NCBI RefSeq assembly: GCF_009914755.1
Contig: NC_060928.1
DNA length: 64,000 nt
Source: the human T2T-CHM13v2.0 reference genome, Homo sapiens
Reading direction: 5' to 3' (one strand)
In this document: in pieces, positions 14,515 to 28,840 of the stretch
How positions within the stretch are numbered: the stretch's first letter is position 1
How the letters are laid out: every line of letters begins with the position of its first letter
Notes under the pieces: model-generated
What the model was told of the DNA's origin: nothing
What the model saw: only the letters and a program-made list of their open reading frames with translations
The model's database searches: none
Translations under genes and position numbers: made by a program

Positions 14515-15000
14515 CTCTGATCTGCTTCAGTGTCCTGGGGTCCCGTTTCCAGGTACCTGTCAGACTTTTCTCCCCGGGTTGGACACTTGCAGCACAATCT
14601 GTCTAAAACCAAGCTCATTGTCCACCTTCTGCTGCCAAACCAGGTCCTCTTCCTGATTCTGAATACATTTGTGTCATCACCTTCTTCTCAAAGGCACAAA
14701 TCAGACCCCAAACAGATTCTCCAACACCCAGTTCTCCACCCTCACGGCAAGTGCTGTTGATTCTCTTGTTCCAAATGATTTAAAAATTAAATCCTCAGCT
14801 AAGGCTCAGTTCAAATTCTTGCAAACTTGGCTTTTCTGATGCATCCTCTACACTGATGCCACAAATCTTCCTCTTAAGTGCCAGGTCACCCATTGATCAG
14901 GAGTCTTTGACGGACTACAGCCTTCCTCACCTAGAAATCATCATCTTTCATGAACTGCCCTCTCCTGTTCTGTTCAGCCTCATCCCCATTGAAGCTGCAG
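14515..15000 (+). mobile_element. L2 fragment
   Basis: tgtctaaaaccaagctcatt...cacggcaagtgctgttgattc L2-like phrases. Confidence 0.5.
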
Positions 15001-15056
15001 TCTAGCCACTCAGAAGAATGCTATTCCCAAAGACACACTTAGAAAGATCATTTTGT

Positions 15057-15362
15057 AGCCAAGCACGGTGGCTCACACCTGTAATTCCAGCACTTTGGGA
15101 GGCTGAGGTGGATGGATCACCTGAGGTCAGGAGTTCGAGAGCAACCTGGCCAATATGGTGAAACGCTGTCTCTACTAAAAATACAAAAATTAGCCAGGTG
15201 TGGTGGTGTGTGCCTGTAGTCCCAGCTACTCGGGAGGCTGAGACAGGAGAATTGCTTGAACCCAGGAGGCAGAGTGCAGTGAGCTGAGATAGCACCACTG
15301 CACTCCAGCCTGGGCAACAGAGCGAGATTCAGTCTCAAAAAACAAAACAAAATAAAACAAAT
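15057..15362 (+). mobile_element. AluSx-like
   Basis: gatcacctgaggtcaggagttcgag; TSD atcattttg on both sides. Confidence 0.95.
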
Positions 15363-15379
15363 AATCATTTTGCAAAGTG

Positions 15380-15525
15380 GTTACTGGGCTTTGGATTCAA
15401 GTCTCAGCTCCACTCTTTTCAAATTGTGTGGGAATTTGAACTCAACTCTGAGCCAGTCTCCTCATTTTTAAAGAGGATACAAATAGTGCCTACCTTCCAT
15501 AGTCAGTGCGAGGTTTCAAGTAACA
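15380..15525 (+). mobile_element. MIR
   Basis: ggattcaagtctcagctccact...tctgagccagtctcctcatttt...atagtgcctacct. Confidence 0.65.
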
Positions 15526-15539
15526 ACCCAGAGCAGATA

Positions 15540-15960
15540 TTCTAGTTTCTGCTCAGGATATAAAGAGTTGGGAAAAGCATTGCTCCTGACCTTTTAACAA
15601 AAAGAAGTCAAACGAATGGCAAGCTGGTGAACTTTCTCTAATAAGTCAAAGATCTGAGGTCACAGGCCACTGGACTAGCCCAGAATCCCAGGAGAGACAG
15701 TCACTTGCAAAGAGAGAAAGGACACAAGCAATTGCTCACTTGGAGCAGAGGCTGCAGGATACCAGGAAGAATTCAGCTAGAATATTTCATGAGTGGAGGC
15801 TGGTGAGGGCATAGAGCCCTTAAGGGGTACAGGTGTAAGAGAAATTTACACCCTTTTGTGGGTTTCTTCTCCATGGACCACACTTGACGAGAGCCCTATG
15901 AAAGCATTCTTCATGGTGCTGGCATGTGGTTGGTGGACAGCAGTCACTGAAAGATAAACG
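15540..15960 (+). mobile_element. Old L1 5' end fragment (L1M4/L1MC-type)
   Basis: ttctagtttctgctcaggat..aaagagttgggaaaagcattgctcc...acaaaag...tctgaggtcacagg resembles ancient L1 5'UTR starts. Confidence 0.5.
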
Positions 15961-16086
15961 TTAAGTACCACCAGGACCCATCCTACAAATGAAGACTTCA
16001 TTGATCCATGGCCTCATCTACCTCACACTTGCACAGGGCTTTATTCTTTACATTTAAATTACGTATTTGAAGGCAGGAATTGCTAG

Positions 16087-16410
<324 letters not shown>

Positions 16411-16873
16411 TGATAGAGCGGGACAACGGGTGTCAGATAATTAGGCTCTGTTCTCAAGGGCACACAGTGAGCTTTTCTAAAGGCAGTCTGAAAATCATAG
16501 TCAAGTGCTCTAAGTCTGTGTCCTAGAGTTGGTGGGAAATGTCTAGTCAAACACGAGATGTGAAAGGTTTTACCAGACATGCGGTCATTTTGTATGATGT
16601 ACGGCTATTCTGTCAGTTAGATTAAAGTAAGGATTGGTAAGCCCATTTTACAGATGATAAACATGTTCAGGGAGATTAAAGTTTGTTCAAGGTCAAAGGG
16701 AAACATCATTAAGGAGAGGATGAGGGAAAAAAGCTGGAGAGGGGAGAGAGGAGGAGGGGGACAACCATTCAGGAATCTGGAGCTCTTCTTGAAGATGGTA
16801 TCCCATGCAAAATTTGAAACTGTAGATGTTTTAAGAACACATAAATATGATCTGATGTGGGTTTGGGTGTTAG

Positions 16874-17210
<337 letters not shown>

Positions 17211-17215
17211 TAATA

Positions 17216-18262
17216 TATTAGTGGAAAAAAAAAAAAAACTGTTTCTCCTACTATCCTCTCACCACACAGAACACTTCTGTGACTCTAGATGTGTAGGGCT
17301 TTTTTCCACCAACAACTAACTCTGCAGATGATTCTGCAGCGGACAGCAACTGGCTGTCCTCTAATTCAATTCAACTATGACACCATCTACCTGAAGATAG
17401 CATTAGATCCCACAGGTCAAAGGCTCAGTCCCCAAGATCACCCCCATTTTTGATGCCAGTCACAAACACAAGATTGTCACTTGTACTTCTGACCAATCGG
17501 CTATAAATCCGGAGCTCCCACAACTTTCTCCTCAGGTTTGATTAATTTGCTAGAGTGGTTCACAGAACTCGGGGAACACTCAGACTCACTGATTTATTAT
17601 AAAGGATATTACAAAGGATACAGATGAAGAGATGCATAGGGCACCATTATGGAGGAATGGGAGTGAAGTTTCTATGCCTTCTCTGGGCATGCACCACCCT
17701 CTAGAAACCTCCATGTGTTCAGCTATCCAGAAGCTCTCTAAACCCAGCCCTTTTGAGGTTTTTATGAAAACTTCATTATAAATATGATTGATTAAATCAT
17801 TGGCCATTGGTGATTAACTCAAACTTCAGCTGCTGTCTCATTCCTGGAAGTCTTGGGTGGAGCTGAAAGTTCCAACCTCTAATCCTGCCTTGGTCTTTCC
17901 TGTGACCTGCCCCAATCCTGAAGCTATCTAAGGGCCCCCAACCAGTGGTAATCTTGTTAACATACAGAATACATTCACTGTTTTCTTTTTTTTTTAAACA
18001 TTTTAACTTTTATTTTAGACATGAGGGATACATATGCAGGTTTGTTACATGGGTATATTGCACCCAGGTAGCCAGCACAGTACCCAGTAGGTAGTTTTTA
18101 ATCCACACCCTCTTGCCACCCTCTCCTCCAGCAGTCCACAGTATTGTCTCATGTTCATGTCCATGTAACACTCACTCTTATCCCTGCTGAGTTCCAATAA
18201 TTTCAGAAGCTGTATGTCAGAAAATGGGGATGAAGACCAAATATGTATTTCACAACATCACA
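17216..18262 (-). mobile_element. MER21 (A/B) LTR, interrupted by an L1 3' fragment
   Basis: attcaattcaactatgacaccatctacctgaagatagcattagatcccacagg...ggatacagatgaagagatgcatagg...gaagaccaaatatgtatttcacaacatcaca. Confidence 0.85.
17981..18167 (-). mobile_element. L1PA (old, PA15/16-like) 3' end, 5'-truncated
   Basis: acttttattttaga..gggatacatatgcaggtttgttacatgggtatattgc; near-TSD acattcact/acactcact. Confidence 0.8.
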
Positions 18263-18277
18263 GTATACTTTTACATT

Positions 18278-18745
18278 TAGTCATCCAACATCCTCTCCCT
18301 TTTCTTGCTGATAGCCATCCCTGCTTTGGCTTTGAGGAAGCTGCCCTCTCCTCACCATAGCCTATAGATCCACGGCACCCTCACTGTGCCCCTGCACCTC
18401 AGAGGAGAAGTCTATACCAGGGCCTACTCCACTACCTGGTACACTGTTTGGCCACGTGTCCTGTGTAGGTCCAGCCTGGGCCAAAAGACTCAATTCTCAG
18501 GTTTTTATTAGACTCCCCCTTCTCAGGCCTAGACATTGAGATAATGGAGGAGAAACCCAACTCAGAAGATGCCCAGTCTCGAAATGGGTTCCAGCAATGT
18601 TTCATATCTTACTTAAAGTGAGATCTACCCCAGAGACTTGGTGGTTCAGTGGGCAATCAATCTCTCCCTTCCTCCAACCCCTGACCTCTTTTGCTTAAGC
18701 TATTTGAGTCAGGTCTTTAAAAACTGCATGGAAAGATATCTAAAT
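18278..18745 (+). mobile_element. MLT1 (J/K/L-type) solo LTR, degenerate
   Basis: cacgtgtcctgtgtaggtccag...gagatctacccc..gacttggtggttcagtgggcaatcaatctctc...ttgcttaagctatttgagtcagg. Confidence 0.5.
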
Positions 18746-18749
18746 AGCA

Positions 18750-19200
18750 TACACTTTCACGGCTATTAAATAAGCCAAAGTGTAAAAATGATAATGACCG
18801 ATCTGTTGGCAAGAGCATGGAAAAATAGACTCTTTCCTACACAACTTACAGAAATATAAATTGACTATATATATGGAATACATTAAATATATATAAATAA
18901 ACTTAAAAATGTGCGTGTCCTAACACTCAAAAATCCCACTTTAAAATTTTATCTTAAATAATCAAGAATGTATGAGACAAATTTGTTAGCAAGAGTATCT
19001 ACAATTTTCATTTGTAACATCCAAATGTTGGACATAATCTAAACCTACAATGGAAGATAAACCAGATAGTGATGCATTCATACAACACAAACTAAGCAGA
19101 ATTTACAGTAAGATTGTGGTAGAATATTAGCATGTTAAAACATTCATAAAATATCACTAAGTAAAATCTAGACTATAAATTATAGATAGAGTATGATTTC
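18750..19200 (+). mobile_element. L1ME-type 3' fragment
   Basis: tgttggcaagagcatggaaaaatagactct...aatcccactttaaaattttatct...acataatctaaacc. Confidence 0.55.
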
Positions 19201-19529
19201 ATTCTCGTTTATGAAAATGGAGGGTTGTGTGCATGTAGAGAGAATGGGAAGCTATACGCTACTGTGTTACCAGTGGTGGAAATACCAGTACATTTTAACT
19301 TTTTCCTTTTTGATTACATTTACTTTTGAAAGCATGCTTAATTATCATGAGTTACAAAAGCAACATTTAAACAATGTCTTTTAAAAAATTACTTAAATGT
19401 TGCATAACAGAAAAATTAGAAAAACAGAGGGAAACACCGCACCCATAATCCCAGCACCATAATATAGTCATTCTCATATAACTGGATATTTTTCTCTGTA
19501 GTCTTTCTTTAGCTGCTGTTTTCTATTAT

Positions 19530-19790
19530 GTTATAGCTATTAGAGTACACCTGCAATTTTGCATCCTGCCTTTGTCACTTAACATTTTGTTGATGTTTAG
19601 AGTTTTCCCAGATCATTATTAGATATTTCTATTCAACGTTTGTAATGGTAACATTCCATGGGTTGATCACTCTTCATTTTTTAACCATTCCCATATTGTT
19701 GGACATTTAGGCTGTATCCAATTATTCAAAACCAAACTGCATTGCTCTGTGTTTTGGATGATTTTATTAAGAGAAATCTCCAGAAGAGGA
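19530..19790 (-). mobile_element. L1ME-type fragment
   Basis: cctttgtcacttaacatt...ttaaccattcccatattgttggacatttaggctgtatccaatt. Confidence 0.6.
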
Positions 19791-20524
19791 TCATTTCATC
19801 TTCTAAGGAAGAACTCTTCCAAAAGCACTGCGTGAGTGACAGCTAATGGATGAAAGCTGTTGCCCATGCCCCCTGTCTACCTCTCACCAGAACTCCTAAT
19901 TCCTGCAGAAACTGGAAGCAGCAACCTCTACGGAAGCCACTGTCAGGTGTAGTGGAATTGGAATCAGAGAGCTTCTGAAACCAAAAAGAGGGCTGGGACC
20001 AGTCTCAAGGTCTGCTGGGGAAAAGCTAAGAGGCAGGAGCAGAGCAAGATTGTTCCAGTTACTCCTAAGTGCAACTTAAGGCTTAGCGGCCATTATTTGA
20101 ATCAATATCCGACCTGGAGCCCAGTGTGCCAAGAAGTTGAGCCATCTCCTTATGTCCAAGACTACAAAGTGGAGACTCTGTAATGGACAGGGAGGGCCCT
20201 TTTGCAGTGAGGGAGGGAGGGTAATGGAGGGAGGCTGGCCTTGGGTCAGGAGGCCTCAGTTCCACCTGCCAGATATGTGAAAAGCTTCCCGACAAAACAC
20301 GGCTGATAATACATGGCCTGCCTGGAAGGCTGAGAGTCTTCAATGAGAAAATGGATGAGAGAGCCCTATAAATGTTAAGAGCACGGTGTCTTTGTGAGGG
20401 ATTAACAAAGACCATGTTTGATAAGGGCAAGAAAATCACAGAGTGCTCTGCTCATTACGCTCCTGGCATCTGACAGCAAAGGGGGCTGTTTCTTCTTTCA
20501 TTCCACACTGGCTGGGTGCCCGCT

Positions 20525-20900
20525 GGGTGCCAGGTTGTCTTTTAGGTACTTGGGACACAAAAGTGAACAAAACAGATAAGGCCGTTCATGGAACTTGACA
20601 GTCTACTGGGTAGGGACAAAGAAAATAAGTAAACAAATAAGTAAACAAGATAATTTCAGAGAATGGTATTAAGAAAAAGATAAAATGGGGCGATATGACA
20701 GAGAGTACAGGAATGAGGGATGTTGTTTCGTGCTAGCATGTAAGCAGAGAGTTGGGAAAAGGTGATAGTTGTGCTGAGGCCTGGGAGTTGTAAAGGTACA
20801 AGCCACCTGAAGACCTCAGGGAAGATGTTCCAGGCAGAAAGAACCAAAAGGGCAAGAGCTTGGAGCAGGAACACACTCTCAAGGTTTAAAGATCAGAGAG
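20525..20900 (-). mobile_element. L2a 3' region
   Basis: tgccagg...ttgggacacaaaagtgaacaaaacaga...catggaacttgacagtcta...gttccaggcagaaagaacc. Confidence 0.7.
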
Positions 20901-21239
20901 ATGATGGAGGCAGAGGGGCTAGAACTTCCTCACTGCTCTAGGTAGATGTGTGGGTTCCCCACACAGCACAGGTAGGTGGGTATTCAACCTGCCTTCCCCA
21001 GGAATTCCCATGCCCTACTTGTTTAACAGCAAACTCTTTCATACACGTCCTGAGCACTGTGGTTTGCTCCTCCTCTCCCTGTGAAGTCTTCCCCAGCCAC
21101 CCTAGGCTGGGTTCGCCTCATAATCTTATGGCCTCACGCTGTGCTTTTTCTCCACTAAGACTACGTCCAACGCACAGTGACATATATCTGCTCTCTTTCT
21201 GGTCTTCAGCGATTTTAATAGTAAATGGCTTACAGTAGT

Positions 21240-21780
21240 CACTCAACAAACACGTGGAGAGCCCAAAGGGAGTAGATCCCAAAATAGATTTTGGCAGAGT
21301 GTGCCAAGTGCTATAACGGAAGTATGAGCAATATGCTGATGAAACACAAGGTGGGTGGGAAAAGAGGAATGCATCATAGAATTTGAGTCATCATGTTGGA
21401 AGCATTGGAAATGGGAAAGAGGCATTCAAGGCAGAGCAGAAGCCTCCAGGAGTGAATGTGGGAAACCCAGTTTGAAAAATACTGGATAGTTATAAGTGCA
21501 GGTTGTAAGAAGCTGTGGTTGGTGCAGGTGGAGCACGGAGGAGGAAAATACATTGGAGATGGACTTCTTTATGGGGAAGTGGGAGCAGACAAGATTCCAG
21601 TCACTCACGTCTAAATGTTCTTTGTGATGCCAAAGGTTTTGGTCAGCAAGAAACAAAGAGCCTGGACTTAGAGGAGATGGATAGGGACTGAGCCTGGAGA
21701 GATCTGGAGTCAACCCCTCTAATCTGGGAAAGAACAAATACAAGAGCTATAGGACACAGGCTGAAGGACTCACTTCAAAA
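21240..21780 (-). mobile_element. L2 fragment
   Basis: aagtgctataacggaagtatgagc...ggcattcaaggcagag...ccagtttgaaaaatactgg. Confidence 0.5.
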
Positions 21781-21799
21781 GCACCACTAAAACCCCAAC

Positions 21800-22206
21800 T
21801 GTGCTGGGTTGAATATTGTTCCCCACCAAATCCATGTCCACCTGGAACTTCAGAACATGAACTTTGGAAGTAGGATCTTTATAAATGTAATTAGATCTGT
21901 TCAGATGGGTCATACTGAATTAGGATGTGCCCTTTCTAAGAAAAAGAAAAGATGCACAGAGACACACAGGGAAGAAGGCCATATGAGGATGAAGGCAGGG
22001 ACTGGAGTGACACATCCACACACCAAGGAATGCAAAGGACAGCCAGCAACCAGCAGAAGCTACCAGACGCAAGGAAGGATTCTTCCCTCGAGTCTTCAGA
22101 GGGAGTGTGGCTCTGCTGACACCTCTATCTTAGGCTTCTGGCCTTCAGAACTATGAAAGAACATAGTTGTGTTGCTTGAGCCACTCAGCCCTAGGAAACT
22201 AGTACC
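21800..22206 (+). mobile_element. MLT1C-like MaLR solo LTR
   Basis: tgtgctgggttgaat...ccaaggaatgc...gcaaggaaggattcttccct...cttctggccttcagaactatga...gccctaggaaactagtac; near-TSD ccaac/ccagc. Confidence 0.88.
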
Positions 22207-23558
22207 CCAGCCCTGGGAGGCTTGGCTCTATGTGTGTCCCCACAGTTCACCAGTGTATCAGCAAAGGAAAGAAGCCTTTGCAGATCTCCCGGTCCTCAGT
22301 GCAGAAACTTGAGTGTGACAGGTGAACAACTTGACCAAACAAAGAGGGAGAATGTGAAGAGGAAAGAACCCAACTTGCGAATTGTAGGATACACCTCCAA
22401 CTTCCGAATGAGTGCTCCAGCAACTCAGAAACAAAGGAAAGCATGTCACATGCTCACTTCTGTTGCTATGGCAAATCCATTCTCCCCTCCCTCATAACGC
22501 CTCCCCAGACCCTGCCACCCTTGACTAAAACTGTAAATATTTCCATAAATGTTTAGCACATAAAAATCAGGACTGCCCCTAGTCATCCTTATTTACCACT
22601 CCTATTTTAGAAACAAAATTAATTTGTACAATGTATCGAAGTGAATATGCCCTGAAGTCTAGAAAGTCAGTGAGCCAGAGAGCAAATGTTACCCAGCGAG
22701 CTCCATGGCTGGTTCTGTTGGCTGAGACAAAACTAGGGGGAAAAAGTTCATGGGCTCAGGAATTTGGAATTGCAGTTCTTGAACTTTAGTGTCAAGTAGA
22801 CCTGTACCTGAAGGTTCTCACCTGCAGAATGAAGCGTCAAATTGCCTAAGCTAAGATTCTTTCCAGTTTGAAAATTCTCTGCCAGGAGGGCTGGGCTGGG
22901 AAAAAAAATAAAAATAAAAATAAAAAAAGCCATTTTTCAAGGTGTCGCTGGGCTAGTCAGTTGAAAATTCATGCTCCTGCAGTACAATTGCCACTCATTC
23001 AACATCGCACAGCTTGTCAGTAAATGTGGTAAAACTGCTACTTCCTCCTCCTGCCTCCTCTCTCATTCCTGGCTAAAATTCATTTCCCCGAGCCATGCGA
23101 ACTCTGGACTTCTGGTCATGTATCCATGCTGCTTTAGTCAACCAGGAGGGTCTGGAAGAGGGGCTGTGGTCTGCCTCGGTGCTCCCGTCATGCAGAGCAG
23201 GAACTGAGGCGTAGGGAGATGATGTCATTGACCCAACGTCTTGAAGCTCTGGCAGAACCAGGATCTGAAACAGCAAAATAAATCACAACTGGAACCCAAG
23301 ACTGTCTTAGCTGCACCTGATGCCACAGGGCCTCTCCTCTGTATTGCTCTGACTTCTCAATTCCAAAGCACCTTCCTCAGTCCATGTCAAAAATACGGAT
23401 CACAAGAAGCTTGTCTTGTGTGTGCTCTTCTTTTCCTCCCTTCCCAGGGACTTGCTCCTAGATCTCTGCTCCTCTAGAACAGCTCTGCCCAGCCTGACAT
23501 CTGCACTGCCCTAAACACCATGCTCATATTGAAAAGTCCCTACTATATTTACACCCTG

Positions 23559-23915
23559 TGTATTAGTCCATTTTCATGCTGCTATGAAGAAATACCCAAA
23601 AAGACTGGGTAATTTAAAATGAAAAGGAGGTTTAATGGACTCCCAGTTCCACATGGCTGGGGAGACCTCACAATCATGGCAGAAGGCAAGGAGGAGCAAA
23701 GGCATGTCCTACATGGAGCAGGCAACAGAACATGTGCAGGGGAACTCCCATTTGTAAAACCATCAGATCTTGTGAGATTGATTCACTACTAGGAGAACAG
23801 TATGAAGGGAACCACCCCCATGATTCAATTATCTCCACTTGGCCCTGCTCTTGACACGTGGGGATTATTACAATTCAAGGTGAGATTTGGCAGGGGACAC
23901 AGCCAAACTATATCA
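23559..23915 (-). mobile_element. THE1 (THE1C-like) MaLR solo LTR
   Basis: tgtattagtccattttcatgctgct...ggggacacagccaaactatatca; near-TSD ccctg/ccgtg. Confidence 0.92.
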
Positions 23916-24054
23916 CCGTGCATGGCCACTCCTACTTGATCTGATCAATTTACCTATCCAAACACTTGAGAACCAGCTGTATTAAAGAGGCACGATTTGG
24001 CATTTTCCAAAGAAGAGCTAAAACAGTCTCTTGCTCCTACGGGCTGCTGGATAA

Positions 24055-24195
24055 TCAGAGATTTCTGTCTCTAAGGAAGTGTAAACATCTTGGGGTACTT
24101 GTTAAAATAAACAGCTTTCTGAATCCCTTGGGGAGAGTGGATTCTGTAGGTCTGAGGTGGAAACTAGTTTTAATGCACTCCCAGGGGTTGTGGAG
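24055..24195 (+). mobile_element. MER5-type hAT MITE fragment
   Basis: catcttggggtacttgttaaaa...gattctgtaggtctgaggtgg...cactcccagggg. Confidence 0.5.
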
Positions 24196-24882
24196 TGGGC
24201 CCCTCTGCTCTGGATCTACTTGGATCAACAGGCTCAAGTGGTCTCTTTGGACAACTGATTCACGCAAAGTCATGCCCAGGCTTTTTGATAACTTACTCTT
24301 GTCCAGGCAAGGAGTTTTCCTCCTCAGCAGTCTTTGAATTCCCTTCTCTTCCCTTCCACCTTGGCAAACATGAGCTTTATTTCATAAGAACAGTGACTCA
24401 ACACTGACTCATGCTGACTTTGCAGCCCACCTTTCCTATCCTGAACTAATCAGGGCTTTTTTAAATTTCTTCAACCTCCTCTGAAATAGAAAAAGAAAGG
24501 AAGAACAGAGAATTTCTGACTGGTGCTCCTACTCTTTAATTTTACATACACACAACAAAATGCTTCTTCTCATCCTTTTTGCCCCTTCATGTACCTAAGT
24601 ATAAAACTCAGCCCCATATCCAAGCTTAATACCAATACCATATCCAGTATTAATATACAAAGTATGCTTCTACAAACTAGTGGGGTCTTTGCCACAGAGG
24701 ACCATATTGGTTCCCCCAAATAACCACAATATGATGGATAAATCATGATGGGAATAAAAGATCTCTGAGTTCTAGGGTTAAATGTTTTTGACTTCCCTTA
24801 CTATCAAAGTTTTCCAGGGAAAAGAGCAGGATTGCTTCCCTGTTATTGTGGACTCCCTTCCCATGATCTTAAAAGAACAACT

Positions 24883-25193
<311 letters not shown>

Positions 25194-26616
25194 ACTTCCA
25201 CTCACTTCTCAACTTTCTGTCTCTCACTTGCATTCCTGCCCTTCATTTGTAATCCAGAGCTGCTGTTGCTTTGATTCCGGGCTTCTGGCTATCTTGGTGA
25301 ACATTTCAGACTCCAGTGGAATAGACTAAAGGCTCAGTGGAATGCTACCTACAATGCTTCTTTCGCTCCAGCAAAAAACATTCAGAGAGGGGACGCCAGA
25401 GCCCAGCAGATTCACACAACAAGTGCTTCTGGAACACATTCTGCATTTCTCTCTCAGAAGAACCCACATTTCCACACTACCCAAGACCGCCTCACATTCA
25501 GAAAATTGTTATTTCTCTTTGGGGAAGCCACCTCCTCATCTATCTGGTTGGATATCTCTGCCTCAGCTCTAATACCAATCATTACCCGTGTCCTGAGCCC
25601 TTCCTTTCAAAGAAGATCCTGGCACCTCCCATTCTCCATGTCCCAAATGGAAACGATCAACTTCTCCCAGAAACCTGCTCCTCTTTCTAATCTACTTGCT
25701 TCCATCTAATGTCCAAAGTCCCCTTTTGAACCATGCTGCATTCATTCCCAAATACAAATGAACTAAGATAAGTTATTATGCACTTTTCTTTTAACCCGCA
25801 CAAGGTACGAAGCAGGGCATACCAAGCACTCAATAAATACTGAATTAGAAGGAAAGCACTTAAGCAAAAAGTTGATGGAAAGTGTGAAAAAGGCAAGGGA
25901 TTATACTCTTTTAACCTCCACTACAATGATTACTTTATAGAAAATGCTTTACTGATGGCAATACCCGATCTTTATACACAACTTTCTAACACACTTTCAA
26001 ATACAGTCTCATTTAGTTCTCATCCCAGCAGTAGTTTAGGAAAAGTTCTGCAGTCGAAGGATCTGAATCCAAGCGTCAGTTTTAGCTCTTAACTTTAGTT
26101 TACCGAACAGGAACACACGGCATCAAGATGATGATGATTATAACTCACAGGGTATTTAAGATTCTAAGAATTATACCCTGAGTGTGAAAGTGCATTGTAA
26201 ACCAATGACCTCCTCTAAAACTCTACCTTTGTGAAGTCACCTGTTAGAGGCAACATCTTTCTCTTTGTAGTCCTACTATGGGGTCCTACTATGCATAATC
26301 TTACTTAGGTAGCAATGAAATGACCCTACTAACCTTATTAATTTCTGTGGTCTCTGACTCTCACACAGTGAGGTTCTTTGATAATCATTTGTTGAATGAA
26401 AGCGTAAACTTTTAGCAAATGTGATCATTAGGACCATGTTTGCAATCTTATTTTCAGTTGAAATCCTTCATTTAAATTCAGGTCTCCATCCCTAATTGTG
26501 TTCTGAACTCTGATGGAAATGGAAGAGTGTGTTTAATTTTGTAAGAACACTAAAAAAAATTCCCATGTATCTGTTTAGACTTTTGCCCTTAAAAACAACA
26601 ACAACAAAAATATATA

Positions 26617-26936
26617 CAGTCATATGCTACTTAAAGACAAGGATAGGTTCTGAGAAATGGTATTGTTAGGCAGTTTTGTCATGCAAACATTATAGAGCAT
26701 ACTTACAAAAATGTAGATGGTATATGTATTTTTATGTATGTATATTTATTTCATATGGAAAACCAAATGTCCCAGCACCATTGTTAAATATGAATCATTT
26801 CCCCTACTTGATTTGCAATGCTAATATCAAGCGCCACGTATCAGGTTTCTCTATGTGCTCTAATATACTCTTATAGGACCACTATCATATATGCAGTCCA
26901 TCATTGACCCAAATGTCATTTTGCAGTGCATGACTG
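26617..26936 (-). mobile_element. Tigger3-derived MITE (Tigger3d-like)
   Basis: Terminal inverted repeats (TIRs) cagtcatatg.../...gcatgactg, preceded by TA; ggttctgagaaatg...gttaggc and ggaccactatcatatatgcagtccatcattgacc. Confidence 0.8.
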
Positions 26937-28773
26937 TGTATAAATATCTGTCCATATATAAAATCATTATCCTGAGAAAAGCTTAGAGGGAGGAACTGAA
27001 TCAGAGTATGAAAAAATGACCCCTAATTCCTGAACTAACAAAGAGTAAGTAATTAATCAATTTTTCAGAAGTTACTCATTGTTGGAAGTTAACCTGAAAC
27101 TTGATCTCCAGTTATAACACTTGAGTGGTAAGATGATGTATGAAGTTTTACTTTTTATTTTTAGGGATCACTGCTGCTGTACTCCTCCTTCCAAGAAGTC
27201 CCTTAATTCAGGTCCAGCTTCTTTCACTCATTGAAATTTAGTAGTTGAGGTCTGCCTTCAACCCATAAAACCAACCTGTCACTGTGGAATAACTCACACA
27301 GGGCTGGGGAACAGGAAGACAACAATTGAGAAGCCAGATAAAAAATGCAACTGGGGTTCAACTTGAGCATCATTTGCAAAGTCCACGGCACACCTTCCTT
27401 ATCCATGGCGTGTGTGCCCAACTGGAAATCAGGATGCCAGGACCATGCAGCTCCTTCTAGCTCCACAGAGCTGAAAGCTTCACTCACAGCTTACTCACTC
27501 CAGTTGCCTGCTGACCTTTTATGGGTTGCAACCTGCATGCCTGACGAACTGATTTTTTCCAGCTGTAGCTATATTTTCTACCTTCCTTGTTACTTAATTG
27601 ATCCTAGCTGTGGTCCTGCAAAGAAGCCCTCCCAGACCTTGCAACATATGCTATATATCCTGTATGTACTCCCGTGTCCTGACAAGGAACATAAAAATCA
27701 GAGATGGCAGGAGACAAGGGGAGGGAAAAGTCAGCCAGAACACTATGAATGCAAATAACTTGGCTTGCCTCATTGAGTCTCTCAACCGCCTTCCGCTGCT
27801 TTCTGGACAAACTGACTTTCTACAAACAGCACATCTCTAGAGACTCAGATTTTCTTTTCAAATTTTAAAAACTGTAATCACCTACAGACCTTAAAAGGCA
27901 AAAGAAAAAAACAGAATAATAAATGCTTTCCTTCATTCATTCTTTGTTCTTTTGGCCATGTGGATTAAATTTCTGCTAAGTACTTGGCACAGTGCTAGCC
28001 TCCAGGGAAAAAGGTGAATTAGACAAAGTTTCTGCCCTGCTGTAGCTCACCGTCTTACAGGAGTGGAGACACAAAAATCAATAGCTCGATACTATGGGAC
28101 TCGCCTTAACCTAGATCAGCAATTCTCAATATATGGTGAGGAAGCCCTGGGTATTTCTGAAACACTTCCAGGGGATCTGCGAGGCCCAACCTCTTTGCAT
28201 AATAAAACTAACATGTTATTTGCCTTTTTCACCCTCTTTCTCCCATGAGTGTACAGTAGAGTTTTCCATAGGTGACATATAAAGTCACAACAGATAGAAT
28301 GCAGAAGCAGATAGGGCAATGCAGCTGTATTCCATTCAGCCAGACATGAAAGAGATTTGCAACGTGGAAAATAATGCCATTCTCCTCACCATTGCTTTGT
28401 CTTGGAAAATATAGTCATTTTTTATAAAATGTATTATTTATGTCATTGTATAATTGGTTCACTGTTATTTTAAAATAAATTAATAAATAAATATATAAAG
28501 CTGTCTCAGAATTTATGTCTAACATAGTAAATACTGATAAATATAGCACATATGAACAGAAGCTCTTTAATAATACTTAATAATTTTGAAAGAGAAGACT
28601 GTCAAGAAGTTGCAAAATTAGTACTGAGAGATCCTATGTATCCTTTGCCCAGCTTCCCCCAATAACAGCATCTTATGTAACTATAGTGCATTGTCAAAAC
28701 CAGAACGTTGACCTTGATTCAGTACCATTAACTAGAGATCTTACTTGTATTTCACCAGTTTTTACATGTATTC

Positions 28774-28775
28774 GT

Positions 28776-28821
<46 letters not shown>

Positions 28822-28840
28822 GTGGGGAGAGAGAGAGAGG
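28774..28840. repeat. (TG)n(AG)n compound microsatellite
   Basis: gtgtgtg...agagagag read directly. Confidence 0.95.

Noticed and set aside
26730-26860. L1-like segment captured between Tigger3 termini
   Set aside because: As I recall, this internal segment is part of the Tigger3d consensus, so it is not a new capture at this locus.
27145-27220. Possible splice acceptor (ttttactttttatttttag|G) and small exon
   Set aside because: The following donor (cag|gtccag) is poor and there are no partner exons; such motifs are common by chance.
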